From: an uncultured Phycisphaerales bacterium
GTDB taxonomy: Bacteria; Planctomycetota; Phycisphaerae; Phycisphaerales; SM1A02
Reading direction: 5' to 3'
Assembly (NCBI GenBank): GCA_938084645.1
Contig: CALKEP010000035.1
Span: forward strand, 1 to 15,160
DNA length: 15,160 nt
Below are positions 1 to 8,718 of this stretch, piece after piece (position 1 is the stretch's first letter; each line of letters starts with the position of its first letter). Below the pieces are notes generated by a model. It did no database searches and was not told the origin of the DNA. It saw only the letters and a list, made by a program, of their open reading frames with translations. The translations under genes were made by a program, and so were the position numbers.

Positions 1-435
1 CTCGCCGTCGCCTCCGGGGGTGGCCACTGGGTCCAGCTGATGCGGCTGCGGCCCGCCTTCGAAGACGCGCACGTGACCTACGTGACGGTCCGCCCGACCT
101 ACCGAAGCGACGTGCCGGAATCTGATTTTCGAGTCATTCCGGACGCCACGCGCTGGAACAAGATCAAGCTGCTCCTCATGGCGGCGAAGCTCTTCTGGAT
201 CGTGATCGCGGTTCGACCCGACGTGGTGATCTCGACGGGCGCCGCGCCGGGATACTTCGCCATCCGGTTCGGACGATGGATCGGCGCGAAGACCTGCTGG
301 GTCGATTCGATCGCCAACGCGGAGGAGCTCTCGTTGTCGGGCCAGCAGATCCGACCACACGCATCACTCGTCCTCTCTCAATGGCCGCACGTGGCGGAAG
401 CCTCGGGCGTCGAACACGCGGGGAGCGTCCTTTGA
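1..435 (+). CDS. PssD/Cps14F (Alg14-like) polysaccharide biosynthesis glycosyltransferase subunit, 5'-truncated by the window edge
   Basis: Frame 1 is open from base 1: LAVASGGGHWVQLMRL (the SxGGH motif lies upstream of the track's M at 40), then RPDVVISTGAAPG, VDSIANAEELSLSG and LSQWP, typical of the PssD/Cps14F family. Confidence 0.9.
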   Translation, partial: LAVASGGGHWVQLMRLRPAFEDAHVTYVTVRPTYRSDVPESDFRVIPDATRWNKIKLLLMAAKLFWIVIAVRPDVVISTGAAPGYFAIRFGRWIGAKTCWVDSIANAEELSLSGQQIRPHASLVLSQWPHVAEASGVEHAGSVL

Positions 436-914
436 TCTTCGTCACGGTGGGATACCAGATGGCCTTCGATCGACTGATCGAGGCGGTCGATGCATGGGCC
501 GGAGCCCATCCCGAAGCCGAGCTCTTCGCGCAGATCGGCCCGAGCGAACTCGAACCCGCGAACATGTCCTACACCGAGTTCATGGAGCCCTCTGAGTTCA
601 AGGAACGGGTCGAGGGGTGTTCCGTGCTCGTGGCCCATGCCGGCATGGGATCGATCCTCACCGCCCTGCAATACGGCAAGCCGATTCTGGTCATGCCGCG
701 ACATGCCGCCCGCAATGAGACTCGAAACGACCATCAGATCGCGACGTCCCAGCGACTCGCGACCCGCCCCGGCATCGAGGTCGCCATGGATGAGACGGAG
801 ATCGGCCGGAAGCTCGATCATCTTGCGAGTCTCAAGAGCCCTCCGAAGATCGCGTCCACCGCCTCTCCGGAACTCATCGAACGTCTCCGGCGGTTCGTGG
901 ACACCGGTCACTGA
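432..914 (+). CDS. PssE/Cps14G (Alg13-like, glycosyltransferase family 28 C-terminal domain) subunit
   Basis: TTG start at 432 overlaps the upstream stop (TTGA). Protein MIFVTVGYQMAFDRL...AQIG...VAHAGMGSILTAL...KPILVMPR...NDHQ matches the Alg13/PssE signature. Confidence 0.9.
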   Translation: MIFVTVGYQMAFDRLIEAVDAWAGAHPEAELFAQIGPSELEPANMSYTEFMEPSEFKERVEGCSVLVAHAGMGSILTALQYGKPILVMPRHAARNETRNDHQIATSQRLATRPGIEVAMDETEIGRKLDHLASLKSPPKIASTASPELIERLRRFVDTGH

Positions 915-1585
915 TCGTCCGACGCGTCTGCCGGCGGACCGAACTCCGCGGGGATCTTCGTCTCGAATCGTCGACCCTCGATCGAGATCCACCAGGCGTG
1001 GAGCATCACGCGATCCGCCTCCGGCCCGCCGTAGAGCGTGTCACCGACCAGCGGAGCCCGGAGGAAGGCCAGTCCCGCTCGGATCTGGTGCCGACGACCC
1101 CGACCCATCAGATCCACCTCGAGCACGGTTCGCCGCGGGCCCGGGTCGAAGTCCTCGAGCTTCCACCAGCGACATCGACCCCGCACGGTGTGGTCGCCCT
1201 CCCGGGTGACCTTGATCTTCTTCGACCCCTTGTACCGGCTGTTGAAGTGGAGTTGGAACTCGCCCTTCCGATTCGGAAGTCGACCCTCCGTCACCGCGAG
1301 GTACCGCTTGTCGATCCGGCCGTCCCGAAGCTGCTCCTGCAGCACGTCGCTCGCCTCGAAGGTCTTGGCGACGACCAGACACCCGCTCGTCCCCCGATCG
1401 AGCCGATGGACCAGTCCCGCTTCCGGAAGATGCTCCGCTTCGGGATCGCGATCTCGAAGCCAGGCTTCGACGCTGCGTTCGCCGATCCGGTCGCCCTTGC
1501 CCGCGACCGAATGCCACCCACTCGGCTTGTCCAGTACCAGGAACTCGTCGTTCTCGAAGACGATCGCCGGTTCGATCTCGCTCAT
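908..1585 (-). CDS. RluA-family RNA pseudouridine synthase (catalytic domain only, no S4 domain)
   Basis: Motifs LVLDKPSG, VHRLDRGTSG (catalytic Asp), KRYLA, GRRHQIR, PLVGDTLYG, MLHAW. ATGA overlap with the upstream gene. Confidence 0.93.
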   Translation of the reverse strand: MSEIEPAIVFENDEFLVLDKPSGWHSVAGKGDRIGERSVEAWLRDRDPEAEHLPEAGLVHRLDRGTSGCLVVAKTFEASDVLQEQLRDGRIDKRYLAVTEGRLPNRKGEFQLHFNSRYKGSKKIKVTREGDHTVRGRCRWWKLEDFDPGPRRTVLEVDLMGRGRRHQIRAGLAFLRAPLVGDTLYGGPEADRVMLHAWWISIEGRRFETKIPAEFGPPADASDDQ

Positions 1586-1956
1586 CCCGCCTCCGGACTT
1601 CGTCGGGAGGCGATGAACGAGCGGACTCCGAGCACGAGCAGCACGAGACTCAGGGCGGACATCGCGATCATCGTGCCCGACTTGGAATCGAACACGAACC
1701 CGTTCTTGATCGAGACCGGGATCAACCGACCAAGCGGGAGGATCACCCCGAGGAGCGCCACCACCATCGCGGCGTGCATCGCGTGCCTGCGGGCGCCTTC
1801 GCGGCGACCGATCCAGCCGCAGATCAGCAGCGGCACGCCGGCGAAGGCCGGGATGAGCGCGGTCCAGCTCCGCTCCGCCGCGTCGGCGAAGCCGAAGTAC
1901 GCGAGCAGACCGAGACCGACCAGCAACAGACCGAAGAGATTGACGAGACGGATCAT
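1582..1956 (-). CDS. Hypothetical integral membrane protein (about 4 TM segments)
   Basis: 124 aa with four hydrophobic stretches and SWTALIPAF and RRHAMHAA motifs; stop overlaps the RluA start; GC-rich third codon positions. Confidence 0.8.
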   Translation of the reverse strand: MIRLVNLFGLLLVGLGLLAYFGFADAAERSWTALIPAFAGVPLLICGWIGRREGARRHAMHAAMVVALLGVILPLGRLIPVSIKNGFVFDSKSGTMIAMSALSLVLLVLGVRSFIASRRSPEAG

Positions 1957-1978
1957 GCGGGAGATTCCCCGGCGGCGG

Positions 1979-2284
1979 TCAGGCCACCATGATGTAGACG
2001 AACATGAGACCCGTGAGCAACGCCCCGATCCCCATCAGGATCAGGCCGCCCTTCTCGCCGGGCGCCATGCAGGATTCGGCGGCGTTCGCGGGTCGACGCT
2101 TCGCGAGATGGAGAATCGCTCCCGCGAAGAGCATGATCACGGGGAATGCGATCAACAGGAACGCGTTCTGGTCCGCGACGTGGTCGACGGACGGCACGGC
2201 ACCATCGACCGGGACCGATTCGATCGGAACCTGCGCGCCTTCGGGGCTGTCTTGAATGGACGCGATGAGGAAGCGGGCGGACAT
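1979..2284 (-). CDS. Hypothetical small membrane protein (2 TM segments)
   Basis: ATG at 2284 preceded by GGAGA; 101 aa with an acidic N-terminus and two hydrophobic helices (FLLIAFPVIMLFAGAILHL; LILMGIGALLTGLMFVYIMVA). Confidence 0.7.
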   Translation of the reverse strand: MSARFLIASIQDSPEGAQVPIESVPVDGAVPSVDHVADQNAFLLIAFPVIMLFAGAILHLAKRRPANAAESCMAPGEKGGLILMGIGALLTGLMFVYIMVA

Positions 2285-2346
2285 GGGGATTCTCCATGGG
2301 GATCGAAGCAGGGCACGGTACCGCAATTCACGGCCGTTCCGTCGGG

Positions 2347-2430
2347 GAACGTGCCCCCACGATCGGGGCGAAAAACGACGTCTTCAGTATCGTCTTTTTC
2401 CGCCGTACCCGGGTAGAATCGTGGGCGTTC
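2347..2430. promoter_or_regulatory. Divergent promoter region with imperfect inverted repeat and a -10-like TAGAAT facing hmgA
   Basis: CCCACGAT (2356-2363)/ATCGTGGG (2418-2425) and GAAAAACGACG (2370-2380)/CGTCTTTTTC (2391-2400) arms; TAGAAT at 2414-2419; no clear -35. Confidence 0.35.
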
Positions 2431-2516
2431 GACTGCAGGGACCGCGCGATCCCTGCCGACCATCGAAATGACGGGCGGCGATCACCGATCCGTCGATTCC
2501 TCCCGGGATCCACCGC

Positions 2517-3806
2517 ATGCCGTACTACACGAAACTCGGCCAACTCCCCCGCAAACGCCACGTCGCGGTCCGTCGCCCCGATGGCGGACTCTACGCGGAG
2601 GAAGTCTTCGGAACCGAAGGCTTCGTCGGCCCCACCTCGACGATGTACCACATCCACCCGCCGACCCAGGTCACCGGCTGGAAGACGCTGTACGGCACCA
2701 AGCCGGAGTACGTCGAAGTCGACACCATGCGGATGCGGCACCTGATCTCCTCGACCATGCCTCCGAAGGGTGACCCGATCACCGGTCGCGTGGTGGTCAT
2801 GGGAAACGCGGACGTCGAGATGGCGATCTGCGTGCCCGAGGAACCGATGGACTACCACTACAAGAACGGCCAGGGCGATGAGTGCCTGTTCGTCCATCAC
2901 GGCCGCGGCGTCATCCACACGCAGTTCGGCACGCTCGACTTCGGCCCCAAGGACTACGTGGTGATCCCGAAGGGGACCATCTACCGGATGATCTTCGACG
3001 AGACGCCCGAGGGCGAACCGAATCCGAAGTTCATCGTCTTCGAGACGGCCAACGGATCACACATCCTGCCCCCGCCGCGGTACCTCTCGAAGACGACGAG
3101 CCAGTTCCTCGAGCACGCCCCCTACTGCGAACGCGACCTTCGCATCCCCGAATTCCCGCTCACCTTCGACGAGGCCGGCGAGTTCGAGGTGCGCATCAAG
3201 GCCCGCGACTGCGTCCACGCCTACGACTACCCCCATCACCCGCTGGACGTCGTCGGCTGGGACGGTTGCTACTACCCCTACTGCTTCAACGTCGACGACT
3301 TCGCACCGATCACCGGCAAGCTCCACCAGCCTCCGCCGGTGCACCAGACGTTCGAAGGCCACAACTTCGTCATCTGCTCGTTCTGTCCGCGGATGCTCGA
3401 CTGGAACGAAGGCGCGATCCCGGTCCCCTACAACCATTCCAACCTCGACTCCGACGAAGTGCTGTACTACGTCGAGGGGAACTACAAGGCTCGACGGGGC
3501 ATCAAGGAGGAATCGATCTCCGTCCATCCCCAGGGCATCCCGCACGGACCGCACCCCGGCACCGTCGAGAAGTCGATCGGCGCGACCTACACCGACGAGC
3601 TCGCGGTGATGTGCGACACCTTCCGGCCGCTGTTCATGACCGCCGCGGCGCTGGATCTGGACGATCCCGCCTATCCCGCCAGCTGGGAGGAGGCGGTCAC
3701 CCCGACGCCCGGTGGAACCCACGGGCCCGACGGTGCTCCGATCTCCCGGAACGGCACCGCGAAGGGCGCGAGCCGGAGCCGCAAGACGGCGGGCGGAAAG
3801 GCGTGA
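2517..3806 (+). CDS. hmgA: Homogentisate 1,2-dioxygenase
   Basis: MPYYTKLGQLPRKRH start, EEVFGTEGF, NGQGDECLFVH, HPLDVVGWDG, HQPPPVHQTF, FVICSFCPR, and Fe-ligand region PYNHSNLDSDEVLYY...HPQGIPHGP, MCDTFRPL; fahA lies nearby. Confidence 0.96.
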   Translation: MPYYTKLGQLPRKRHVAVRRPDGGLYAEEVFGTEGFVGPTSTMYHIHPPTQVTGWKTLYGTKPEYVEVDTMRMRHLISSTMPPKGDPITGRVVVMGNADVEMAICVPEEPMDYHYKNGQGDECLFVHHGRGVIHTQFGTLDFGPKDYVVIPKGTIYRMIFDETPEGEPNPKFIVFETANGSHILPPPRYLSKTTSQFLEHAPYCERDLRIPEFPLTFDEAGEFEVRIKARDCVHAYDYPHHPLDVVGWDGCYYPYCFNVDDFAPITGKLHQPPPVHQTFEGHNFVICSFCPRMLDWNEGAIPVPYNHSNLDSDEVLYYVEGNYKARRGIKEESISVHPQGIPHGPHPGTVEKSIGATYTDELAVMCDTFRPLFMTAAALDLDDPAYPASWEEAVTPTPGGTHGPDGAPISRNGTAKGASRSRKTAGGKA

Positions 3807-4420
3807 AGAACCGGGTCCGCCCCCACGGTGTGACGCTCGTCCTCGCCATGCTCATCACGATCGCCGCCGTGCCGTCGCCGACGCTCGCGGGGACGGATGA
3901 TCCACCCGCCCCCACGCCACCACCGGCGCCGGAGACGGCCCCGCCCGTCGAGGAAGGCCCCATCCCCTTCCAGATCCTGCGGCGGAGCGAGGCGAACCTG
4001 CCGGTGATTCCGATCCGCGTCGCCACCGAACGGTTCGAGGTGGAGGTCGCCGCTGACGACACCAGCCGCCGACGCGGCCTCGGCGGGCGGAACCGACTGC
4101 TGAAACGCACGGGGATGCTCTTCGTCCATCCCGACGTGGCCGTCCGCAGCTACTGGATGTTCGACTGCCTCATCGACATGGACACCGCGTTTCTCGATCG
4201 CGACGGACGGATCGTCGCCATTCACCGCATGAAGCGGGAAGCGCCACGACGCGCGAACGAGTACCGGGACATGTACGAGCGCCGCCTCAAGCGATACTCG
4301 AGTCGCCGCCCCGCCAAGTACGCGCTGGAGATCCCACCCGGAGATCTCACCCGACTCGGCCTCCGGGTCGGCCAGGTGATCGAACTCCCGCGGGAGTCGC
4401 TCGACGCGCTGGCCCGCTGA
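3803..4420 (+). CDS. DUF192-domain protein with signal peptide and Pro-rich linker
   Basis: GTG at 3803 overlaps the hmgA stop (GTGA). Hydrophobic N-terminus, PPAPTPPPAP linker, then EVEVAADDTSRRRGL, GMLFV, YWMFDCLIDMDTAFLDRDGRIV and KYALEIPPG, the DUF192 pattern. Confidence 0.88.
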   Translation: MKNRVRPHGVTLVLAMLITIAAVPSPTLAGTDDPPAPTPPPAPETAPPVEEGPIPFQILRRSEANLPVIPIRVATERFEVEVAADDTSRRRGLGGRNRLLKRTGMLFVHPDVAVRSYWMFDCLIDMDTAFLDRDGRIVAIHRMKREAPRRANEYRDMYERRLKRYSSRRPAKYALEIPPGDLTRLGLRVGQVIELPRESLDALAR

Positions 4421-4440
4421 CGCGGTGATCGACCGTGGGA

Positions 4441-5736
4441 TCAGCCGAGCGCCGGCGTCACCAGCCCGGTGCAGGAACCGAATCCGATCCGAAGGTCGCC
4501 CTTCGAGCACCATCCGCGGATGATCACCTCGTCGCCGTCCTGCAGGAACTTCCGCTCCGTGCCGTCGGCGAGCGGAACCGGGTTCTGGCCTCGCCAGGTC
4601 CGCTCCAGCAGGCAACCGCGGCTCTCCTCCTCGGGCCCGCTGACCGTGCCGGACGCCATCAGATCGCCCGAACGCATGTCGCAGCCCGTCGACGTGTGAT
4701 GCGCGACCATCTGGGCGATCGTCCAGTACATGTCGCGATAGTTGCCGATGCTCACGCGGGACGCCGGCAGGTCGCGGGCCCGCATCTCGGCCGATCGGAT
4801 CGCGACCTCGAGCTCCAGATCGATCGTCACGTCCGAATCCGAACTGAGGTACGGAAGATTCCCGGGGTCGTCCGAATCGCGGGGCGGTCCCGGCTCCATG
4901 AACGGCTGCAACGCTTCGAGCGTGACCACCCACGGCGAGATCGTGGTCGCGAAGTTCTTCGCATTGAACGGTCCGAGCGGCTGGTACTCCCACTTCTGGA
5001 CGTCGCGGGCCGACCAGTCGTTCACCAGCACCAGCCCGAAGACGTGCTGCAGGGCGTGTTCGATCGGGATGGGCGTCCCGAGCTCGCTTCGACGTCCGAG
5101 GAAGAACCCGACCTCCAGTTCGTAGTCGAGCAGGCGGACCGGGCCGTGCTTCGGCGGCGGACCGTCGGGGCCGACGGTCTGGCCGTTCGGACGGCGGATC
5201 GGCCGACCGCTCTCGACCACCGAACTGGCCCGCCCGTGGTAGCCGACCGGAAGATGCTTCCAGTTCGGGAGGAGCGGATCACCATCCGGACGGAACATGC
5301 GGCCGACGTTGGTGGCGTGATGCTTGCTCGCGTAGAAGTCGGTGTAGTCGCCGATCGAGAACGGCAGCCCGAGCTCGACCTCGCTCGCGGGGAGCAGGAT
5401 GCGATCCTGTTCGGCGGAATCCCGAAGCATCGGCTCGTCAGCGGTGAACAGACGCTGCAGCGCGGTCCGAACCATCCCCGATCCCGGACGTCCGAGCCCG
5501 GCAAACGCGTTGAGCGTGGTCGCTTCGAGGGTCCGCCCGACCTCGCCGCTGACGTCCGGCAGCATGCCGTGCACGATCGCCTCGCGGACGTCCAGCACCC
5601 GATCGCCGATCGCGACCCCGATCCTGGGCGCCTCGGATTCCTCGCGTTCGAACACGCCGAACGGCAGGTTCTCGATCGGAAAGTCGCCGTCGGGATCCAT
5701 CGCGGATTCGACCCAGCTTCGCATGCGTTCACTCAC
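4441..5736 (-). CDS. fahA: Fumarylacetoacetase
   Basis: DFPIENLPFGVF, IGDYTDFYASKHHATNVG, PVGYHGRASSVV, LDYELEVG, NDWSARDVQKWEYQPLGPF, GDLMASGTVSG, FLQDGDEV, IGFGSC. Confidence 0.97.
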   Translation of the reverse strand: MSERMRSWVESAMDPDGDFPIENLPFGVFEREESEAPRIGVAIGDRVLDVREAIVHGMLPDVSGEVGRTLEATTLNAFAGLGRPGSGMVRTALQRLFTADEPMLRDSAEQDRILLPASEVELGLPFSIGDYTDFYASKHHATNVGRMFRPDGDPLLPNWKHLPVGYHGRASSVVESGRPIRRPNGQTVGPDGPPPKHGPVRLLDYELEVGFFLGRRSELGTPIPIEHALQHVFGLVLVNDWSARDVQKWEYQPLGPFNAKNFATTISPWVVTLEALQPFMEPGPPRDSDDPGNLPYLSSDSDVTIDLELEVAIRSAEMRARDLPASRVSIGNYRDMYWTIAQMVAHHTSTGCDMRSGDLMASGTVSGPEEESRGCLLERTWRGQNPVPLADGTERKFLQDGDEVIIRGWCSKGDLRIGFGSCTGLVTPALG

Positions 5737-6719
5737 TTCGAGACATCTCCGTCATCAGGGGATTCGAGCGTGGACGTCCCGGCCGTTTCGAGCAGGCCGA
5801 GATTCACGAGATCGTCGAGGGGTTCGGTGAAGCTGCAGGACCCGAAGGCGTGGGCGAACCGACTTCGGATCTCGAGGATCTCCGGCACCCCCACCCGGCT
5901 CATCCGCCAGCCCATGGTGTTGTTGTCCGCGATGAATGCGGCGGGGTCCTCCTCCGCCAGCACGTCGCGAAGCCCGGCACCGTCGACTCGTCCGGCATGG
6001 AACAACAGTCCGCCGAGGAAGACGTTGAGGAATCCGAACTGCTTCGTGCCGACCGATGCCTGTTCGGCCCGGACCGGATGGTGCAGCCCCGCGGTCGCCT
6101 TGAACGGCACGTCGGCGCTCCGGCAGGCTTCGATGAAGGCGGCGAGTGGTTCCACGCCCGGATGGGCCTCCGCGGTGACGCCGCCGGTTCGGATCTTCGC
6201 GGCGGCGTCGAGCCCGGCGATCGCCGCGATCGAGCCACGCACGTCGTTCCGCCAGTCGAGTTCGAAGTAGGGGTAGATGTCGTCGTCGAGCAGGTCGAGC
6301 ACCGCATCGATCGAATCACCGTCGGGTGCGTTGAGTTCGATGGTGTCGACGATCGCGGCCCCGCCGCCCTCGCTCGCATGTCGATCGTTGAAGGCGTCGA
6401 TCGCCTCAAGGTCCCGTTCGACCGCCTCGATGTCCGCGGCCGAGGACACGAGGGCGGAGATCACCCAGGGATCGGGGTCCTCGTCGGCGGCCTCCGCATC
6501 CGGAACGGGGGGAAGCAGATCCGCCGCGACCCGGTCGAATTCCTCGAAACGCGAGACGGGGACGATCAACCGACCGAGCATCGGCGCCGCGTCGGACTCC
6601 CGGTAACCGGCGTAGTTCCGGACCGTCGGTTCCATGTCGAGCGACGCCGGGGGGAAGAGCCCCGCGTAGTCGACGAGTTCGTTCATCAGGGCTTGGATCG
6701 CTTGCATGACGGTCATCAT
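5733..6719 (-). CDS. Conserved hypothetical protein, translationally coupled to fahA
   Basis: Motifs LVDYAGLFPPASL, AKIRTGG, PFKATAGLHHPVR, GFLNVF, FGSCSFTEP; stop overlaps the fahA GTG start. Start is uncertain (6719, 6716 or 6707; the track's GTG at 6800 adds an Arg-rich extension). Confidence 0.85.
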   Translation of the reverse strand: MMTVMQAIQALMNELVDYAGLFPPASLDMEPTVRNYAGYRESDAAPMLGRLIVPVSRFEEFDRVAADLLPPVPDAEAADEDPDPWVISALVSSAADIEAVERDLEAIDAFNDRHASEGGGAAIVDTIELNAPDGDSIDAVLDLLDDDIYPYFELDWRNDVRGSIAAIAGLDAAAKIRTGGVTAEAHPGVEPLAAFIEACRSADVPFKATAGLHHPVRAEQASVGTKQFGFLNVFLGGLLFHAGRVDGAGLRDVLAEEDPAAFIADNNTMGWRMSRVGVPEILEIRSRFAHAFGSCSFTEPLDDLVNLGLLETAGTSTLESPDDGDVSK

Positions 6720-6796
6720 CTCCGGTTCCCCGCGGAGGTGCTCGGCGGGAAGAGGGAGAGTATGACGTCCTCGACGGCACCGCCGGGGCGTCCGGG

Positions 6797-8617
6797 TCAC
6801 CAGTCCACGAGAAACAGACCGAGATCGACCCCGTCGACCAGGCCGTCTCCGTTCAGATCCGCGCTTCCGGGCCCCCCGAACTGCTTGAGCAGGATGCCGA
6901 GATCCGCGCCATCCACCCGGCCGTCGCGGTTGAGATCCGCCGCGACGCCGATCCGGAACGAGACGATCTCGGTCGACCAGCCCTCCGGGGTCTGGATCTC
7001 GCCCACCGCCCAGAAGGTCCGACCGTCGACCGGATCGATGACGCAGTCGAAGTAGTCACCCCACCGTTGAAGATCGTCACCGTCGGCCGGACTCGTCTCA
7101 CCCTCGACCACGCTTCGGCCGATCGCCATCGTCCCCTCGGGATCCCCGGGGATTCGTCCCGCGATTCCGACCGAAGGATGGGCCGTCTCGCTGGTCCGGC
7201 CGTAGACCGTTCCGATGGCCCCCTCCACGTCGATCGCCACCGCGGGAAAGATCGTGTCCTCCCCGGGTTCGAATCGAAGCTCACCGCTCATGACGAGTTC
7301 GGGCGTGCCCGCGAGATCGATCTCGTACCACCGCGCGGCGATGTCCTCGGAGCCGCCGGACGTGATGGCGTGCGACGCGGCGAGCCGGTCACCCCGTCGG
7401 TAGGCCTGCCAGATTCTCGGATCGACGACCCAGAGTCCGGGCCCGATGGGCGTTCTCGCCCGGTTCGCGGACCCGAATGCGGGGACCGCGACCGGCTCGG
7501 TCTCCCAGGGCCCCGCACCGAACGGGTCGTCGAGCCGGCCGAGGGTGAGCTGGGTGTTGCCGGAGGCCCGGACGAACCGGACGTCGTCGCCGGATTCGGG
7601 TGCATGCGATACCTGGTAACTCGCGCCGCCGACCACCCGGTCGGTCCATTCGACGGGCTCACCGGTGAGCGGCCCCGTCTTGTCGATCGAGCGGACGATC
7701 GACCCGAGGAAGCCTGGACCGTCGCCGCCTTCGAGCGCGAACAGATTGCCGGTCACGTACCAGCCGCGTTCGTCGTAGCCGAATCCGGGAAAGTCCACCC
7801 AGTAGTCACGTTCACCGGACGCGATCAGCGCCCAGGTGCGGTACTTGTACCAGACGCCGTTCGGGTCCCCGTCGTCGGAGACCGCGATGGTGATCCACGC
7901 CTCGCGATCGTCCCGGTAGACCTCGAGGGCGACCATCACGTAGCGATCGATGTAGGGATCGTGGAAGCACTTCGGGTCGAACGTGAACCCACCGGCGCCG
8001 ACCTCCTCGAGGAAGCCCGGATCCCCGGACGCGTCGAGCCGTTGCTGGAACTGGGGCGTGCCGTCCTTCCCGTACCACGCGATCTCCATGTTCACGGTCT
8101 GGACCACGTGGTCGGTTCCCACCGCGATCGACGGGTCCGGCGGTCGCCACGGTGTCTGGACGATGCCGGGGAACGCCGTCATCGGCGTCGCCCGGGCGCG
8201 ATCGGTGACCCCACCCGCCACGAGATCGTTCGCCGGGGTGCGAGGAATCGTCTTGTCACGATGGTGCTTGGGCAGGACGCTGGCCGGCCGGATCAGCGGA
8301 CCTCGGAACGGCGGTCGGGCCGCGATCTGCGGATCGAAGCGGCGACTGTCGACGCGGAAGGCTTCGGCGGATCCGATCGCGGTCGTCCGCCCCTCCTCGA
8401 ATCGAATCGCCGGCGGAAGCGTCGCCGGGTCGCGACCGGACCGTGGCGCGATGAAGTCGTCACCCTGCTGGAACGGGTGCATTTCGGCTGGCTCGGCGGT
8501 CGCGACGCCGGGGGTTCGTCCAGTCGATCCCGGATCCGACGAGCAAGCGGCCATCAGGCCGACCAGGATCGTGCTGGCGAACGCGGCGGGGTGGACCCGG
8601 AGGGAACGGTGTGTCAT
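6797..8617 (-). CDS. Secreted lipoprotein, probably beta-rich/propeller-like, with C-terminal dockerin-like (EF-hand pair) domain
   Basis: ATG at 8617 with GAGGAG RBS; lipobox LMAA-C; motifs PPDPSIAVG..HVVQTVN, FDPK, DFPGFG, RWGDY; C-terminus ADLNRDGRVDGADLGILL...ADLNGDGLVDGVDLGLFLVDW. Confidence 0.85.
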   Translation of the reverse strand: MTHRSLRVHPAAFASTILVGLMAACSSDPGSTGRTPGVATAEPAEMHPFQQGDDFIAPRSGRDPATLPPAIRFEEGRTTAIGSAEAFRVDSRRFDPQIAARPPFRGPLIRPASVLPKHHRDKTIPRTPANDLVAGGVTDRARATPMTAFPGIVQTPWRPPDPSIAVGTDHVVQTVNMEIAWYGKDGTPQFQQRLDASGDPGFLEEVGAGGFTFDPKCFHDPYIDRYVMVALEVYRDDREAWITIAVSDDGDPNGVWYKYRTWALIASGERDYWVDFPGFGYDERGWYVTGNLFALEGGDGPGFLGSIVRSIDKTGPLTGEPVEWTDRVVGGASYQVSHAPESGDDVRFVRASGNTQLTLGRLDDPFGAGPWETEPVAVPAFGSANRARTPIGPGLWVVDPRIWQAYRRGDRLAASHAITSGGSEDIAARWYEIDLAGTPELVMSGELRFEPGEDTIFPAVAIDVEGAIGTVYGRTSETAHPSVGIAGRIPGDPEGTMAIGRSVVEGETSPADGDDLQRWGDYFDCVIDPVDGRTFWAVGEIQTPEGWSTEIVSFRIGVAADLNRDGRVDGADLGILLKQFGGPGSADLNGDGLVDGVDLGLFLVDW

Positions 8618-8718
8618 GACGGCGGTCTCCTCGACTCCGATGCGGAGCCATGCCCATGGTAGTGCGGGCCGCCTTGGATTCCGGCAGATCGCCTCGGATC
8701 GCCTGCTCGGCGATCCGG

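Noticed and set aside
276..431. Extension of the PssE-like ORF suggesting a fusion or frameshift with PssD
   Set aside because: Split PssD/PssE genes are the normal arrangement; TTG at 432 gives the canonical MIFVTVG start.
2882..3802. N-terminal part of the 512-aa ORF
   Set aside because: Alternative frame inside hmgA; the DUF192 gene starts at GTG 3803.
8695..8717. Hairpin CGGATCGCC-TGCTC-GGCGATCCG just after the pqiA stop
   Set aside because: No U-tract; GATC-rich palindromes are common throughout this sequence, so it was not called a terminator.
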